The notes beneath the pieces were generated by a model. It searched no databases. It was not told where the DNA came from and saw only the letters and a program-made list of their open reading frames with translations. A stretch of DNA of 64,000 nt. Source: Chiloscyllium plagiosum (lineage: Eukaryota). Below are positions 61,201 to 64,000 of this stretch, piece by piece. A program made the translations under genes and the position numbers. Each line of letters starts with the position of its first letter. Within the stretch, counting starts at the first letter, position 1. The stretch is taken from NCBI RefSeq assembly GCF_004010195.1, contig NC_057750.1, forward strand, positions 3,649,450 to 3,713,449, read 5' to 3'.

Positions 61201-62866
61201 TGCAAAAACACCCTTCTATCCCTGACCACTGACTAAATTAGATGACTCTATGTTAAGAGGTGTGACTGTCTTCAGGAGTAAACTTTCCAGGTACCCCTTC
61301 CTAATGCATTGCAGTGTTCAGCCTCCAGCTCAACTCTGAGCTGAAGCTCCTCAAGATGCTGAGATGTGATTGCCTTGAATTGCACTAGAATCCATCGGCT
61401 CTTACATACTCCAGCCACAATAACTCACCTCCCTGCCAACTTTTAATAGTTTTTGTCTTAATTTATTTTAATTATTTTATTTATTTATTTAACCCTACTT
61501 CTCCAAAAAAGCTTTACCAATGCTAGTAACCATTACTACTAATAAGAAAATGTTACAATTACTAATAACTTCCAGGAGTTTTTAAAGATAAATTAGACAA
61601 ATACTCACAAAACAATCAATTACCTGTTTCTCTGTGATGTCACACTTTGATTTTTCTCAAAATATACAGCTAGTCCCTTTAGGAGCAACAGACTAGACTG
61701 CACTGGACTGGATCCTGTTTTTTTAAATACTGCTCTCCTGCTCTCTCACACTGTTTAATGGCCTCCAAATTCACCTTTCTCCACATCTTTGTACAATCTG
61801 CTGTCCAGTTATCTTAGGTGCAGATACAGAGTAAAGCTTCATATGTGTCCTCCTTTATGCTCTCCAAGTTTAACTTTCTCAGCACGGTTTTAGGTGGGTG
61901 GAACATCAGAAGTGTTTTAATGAGTGTTTCAATAGCGCTGGCGAAGCATGGTACCCTATAGGAGAAAGTAACCCACTTGTTGGCAACCTATTCCGTGCTG
62001 TATGACTCGATGACTCTATAATTGTGATTATTCAAAATGAGGTGCATGAAAGCAGACTTATCTGTGTCTGGACCAATGCATTTCAAGTACCCAAAGTAGA
62101 ATGTTTTGAGATCTCTGCACTTTATATTTCTTCTGCTATCTATTGAATTACTTGCACCCTATTTTTGGTTTAATCATTGCAGAGAACATTTATTAACATG
62201 TTTCTCTTTGGGTAACTACCACAGGTAACTAGGATAAAGTATACTCAAGGCTTACTAATACTACATAACAATTTATTTCCCTTCCCCCCCCTCTCACCAC
62301 AGAGATTTTGGAAGCTGACTGTTAAAGTAGCCTATCATATTTACCAAAACTAATATTCAAATCACTTTAACCCAGAGCTCTCCATCCAGCTACTATTTTT
62401 TAAGTTTTTTTCTTCAGATATAGGCAAAACTATTTTTTGTACATTCCAAACTCTCAAGTTATAAAGAGTCAATAGCTTATGTTTAGATAGTGCTTTTAAT
62501 GTAAGAAAACAACCCATGGTGCTTTGCAATAGAATCATCAGAGAAAGTTTGGCACTGGTCCAAATAAGGTGTTTAACAGCTTGTTCAAAAAGATAAAATT
62601 TCATAGTTCACGGCCTAGCTGAAAACATGGCTACCAGAGGAGAGCAAAAGAAATTGAGTGTGCTCAAGAAGCCAAAAATAGAAGAATGCAGACGTTTCGG
62701 AGAGTTATGAAACTGGTGGAGAGTTCAGAGATGGAAAGGATGAAGCCATGCGGTCATTTGAACAAAAAGAGGAGAATTTTACATTTGAGTGGCTACAAGA
62801 TTAGGTGGAAGTCAGACTATGTGCTGCTAAACTTTGGTTAAGCTGTTGCCTGTGTTTAGTGGAAGT

Positions 62867-63058
62867 CGAGAGTGTGTGGTGGTGGAAAAGCACAGCATGT
62901 AAGGAACAGGAGAATCAATGTTTCGGGCTGGAGCCCTTCATCAGGAATGGATGAAACATCGATTCTCCTGCTCCTCGGATGCTGCAAGACCTGCTGTGCT
63001 TTTCCAGCACCACACACTTTCGACTCTGATCGCCAACATCTGCAGTCCTCACTTTCTC
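62867..63058. mobile_element. Palindromic PLE-derived mini-element
   Basis: TSD cctgtg(t/g)ttagtggaagt (62849-62866, 63059-63076); minus strand CUGAUGA-A-GGGCU-cc-AGCCC-GAAA. Confidence 0.8.
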
Positions 63059-63629
63059 CCTGTGGTTAGTGGAAGTTGACTGGCCAACCATGTGTAGAAT
63101 TGGTGTCACCAACTGGCTTTACAAAGGACGGGAGGGGTGACAACACCCTTCCCACTGGAGCCCAGTTGGGTTTAGATGCCCATTCAACATTTTCTGGGGC
63201 AATCAGAAGTTATCATATTTATTGAATTATCACAACTAGCAATGATGGGATTTGTGCTCAGTCTCTGAGTTGCCAGTCTAATACAATAAACTGGACTGCT
63301 ATGGCCTACTTCCATACATTTTTCAGCTTTCATTTTTGTTGTCATTTAATACTCGGTTGAAGAATCAAAATACTGGCAGATAAACTATGGGGTTACAGCA
63401 CAGAAAAAGATAGTGTTGATTGCCTTCCACTTGAGCAGTAGTTGAGGTGTATGACAAGAGAAGGATCTAGATAGAGTGTCAGATTGTAGAAGAGGAGGCC
63501 CACCTCCACACCCACTCGACCCATGTCATTCAGATATGACGTGGAGGCATGGCCCAGCATTGACCCAGCACTCGTACTAGTCACACGTGGGTCTGCTGTT
63601 TGATAAGTTTTTTTTATTTCACTGTGAAA

Positions 63630-63714
63630 ATGTCATTTATTCTGAAATCCAAAAAATTCTGAAATCCGAAAAACAACTGGCCCCAGGGATTTCAGATAAA
63701 GGATTGTGTACCTG
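63630..63714. mobile_element. Probable right end of a Tc1/mariner-type element
   Basis: ATTCTGAAATCC repeats ending ...GGATTGTGTACCTG|TA; partner TIR not located. Confidence 0.4.
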
Positions 63715-64000
63715 TACCAACAGAACCTGCATGTTAACCTTAAGAGAATCCTGAACTAGGCCTCCTAAGTCTTTTGTGCTTCAGATTTCCGAAACCGTTC
63801 CCCATTTAGAAAATAGTCTATAACTCTTCTTCTCACCAAAGCGCATAGCCTCAGACTTTCTCACACGGTTTTCTGTCTGCCACATAATTGCCTACTCTCC
63901 TAGCCTGGCCAAGTCCTTCCGCAGCTCCCAGCTTCCTTAAAACAACTTATCTGTCCACAAATCTTTGTGTCATCTGCAAACTGAGCAACAATACCCTCAG

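Noticed and set aside
47773..64000. SMOC exon 1 (signal peptide) and promoter
   Set aside because: No ATG-hydrophobic-donor segment or CpG island found; probably beyond the window end.
1..64000. CRISPR arrays, operons, rRNA or other prokaryotic systems
   Set aside because: The sequence is eukaryotic intron/exon DNA; no regularly spaced repeat-spacer array was seen.

Overview
Vertebrate genomic DNA, most likely a shark or other elasmobranch (inferred from HE1-like V-SINEs and dense CR1 LINEs). One protein-coding gene spans most of the window on the minus strand: a SPARC-related modular calcium-binding (SMOC) family gene. I reconstructed 10 phase-compatible GT-AG exons (equivalents of exons 2-11, 47772 down to 2101; 1209 nt, 402 aa plus stop): Kazal, thyroglobulin-1, linker, thyroglobulin-1, EF-hand EC domain. 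The signal-peptide exon was not found. The protein is SMOC1-like but clearly divergent and may be a third vertebrate paralog. Introns are filled with CR1 and CR1/L2-group LINEs, at least two tRNA-derived SINE families, solo LTRs, a Tc1/mariner-type MITE, an L1 3' end and many Penelope-like element (PLE) insertions. Most notable: (i) a set of 200-300 bp palindromic PLE-derived insertions with 10-18 bp TSDs carrying back-to-back minimal hammerhead-ribozyme motifs, some intact on the pre-mRNA strand; (ii) a local duplication of the exon-5 donor region that creates a candidate 9-nt in-frame microexon; (iii) a (TAACCC)4 tract joined to an inverted copy of a nearby PLE junction. Repeat boundaries are read by eye and approximate. 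Comparisons with human SMOC1/2 are from memory and need checking.
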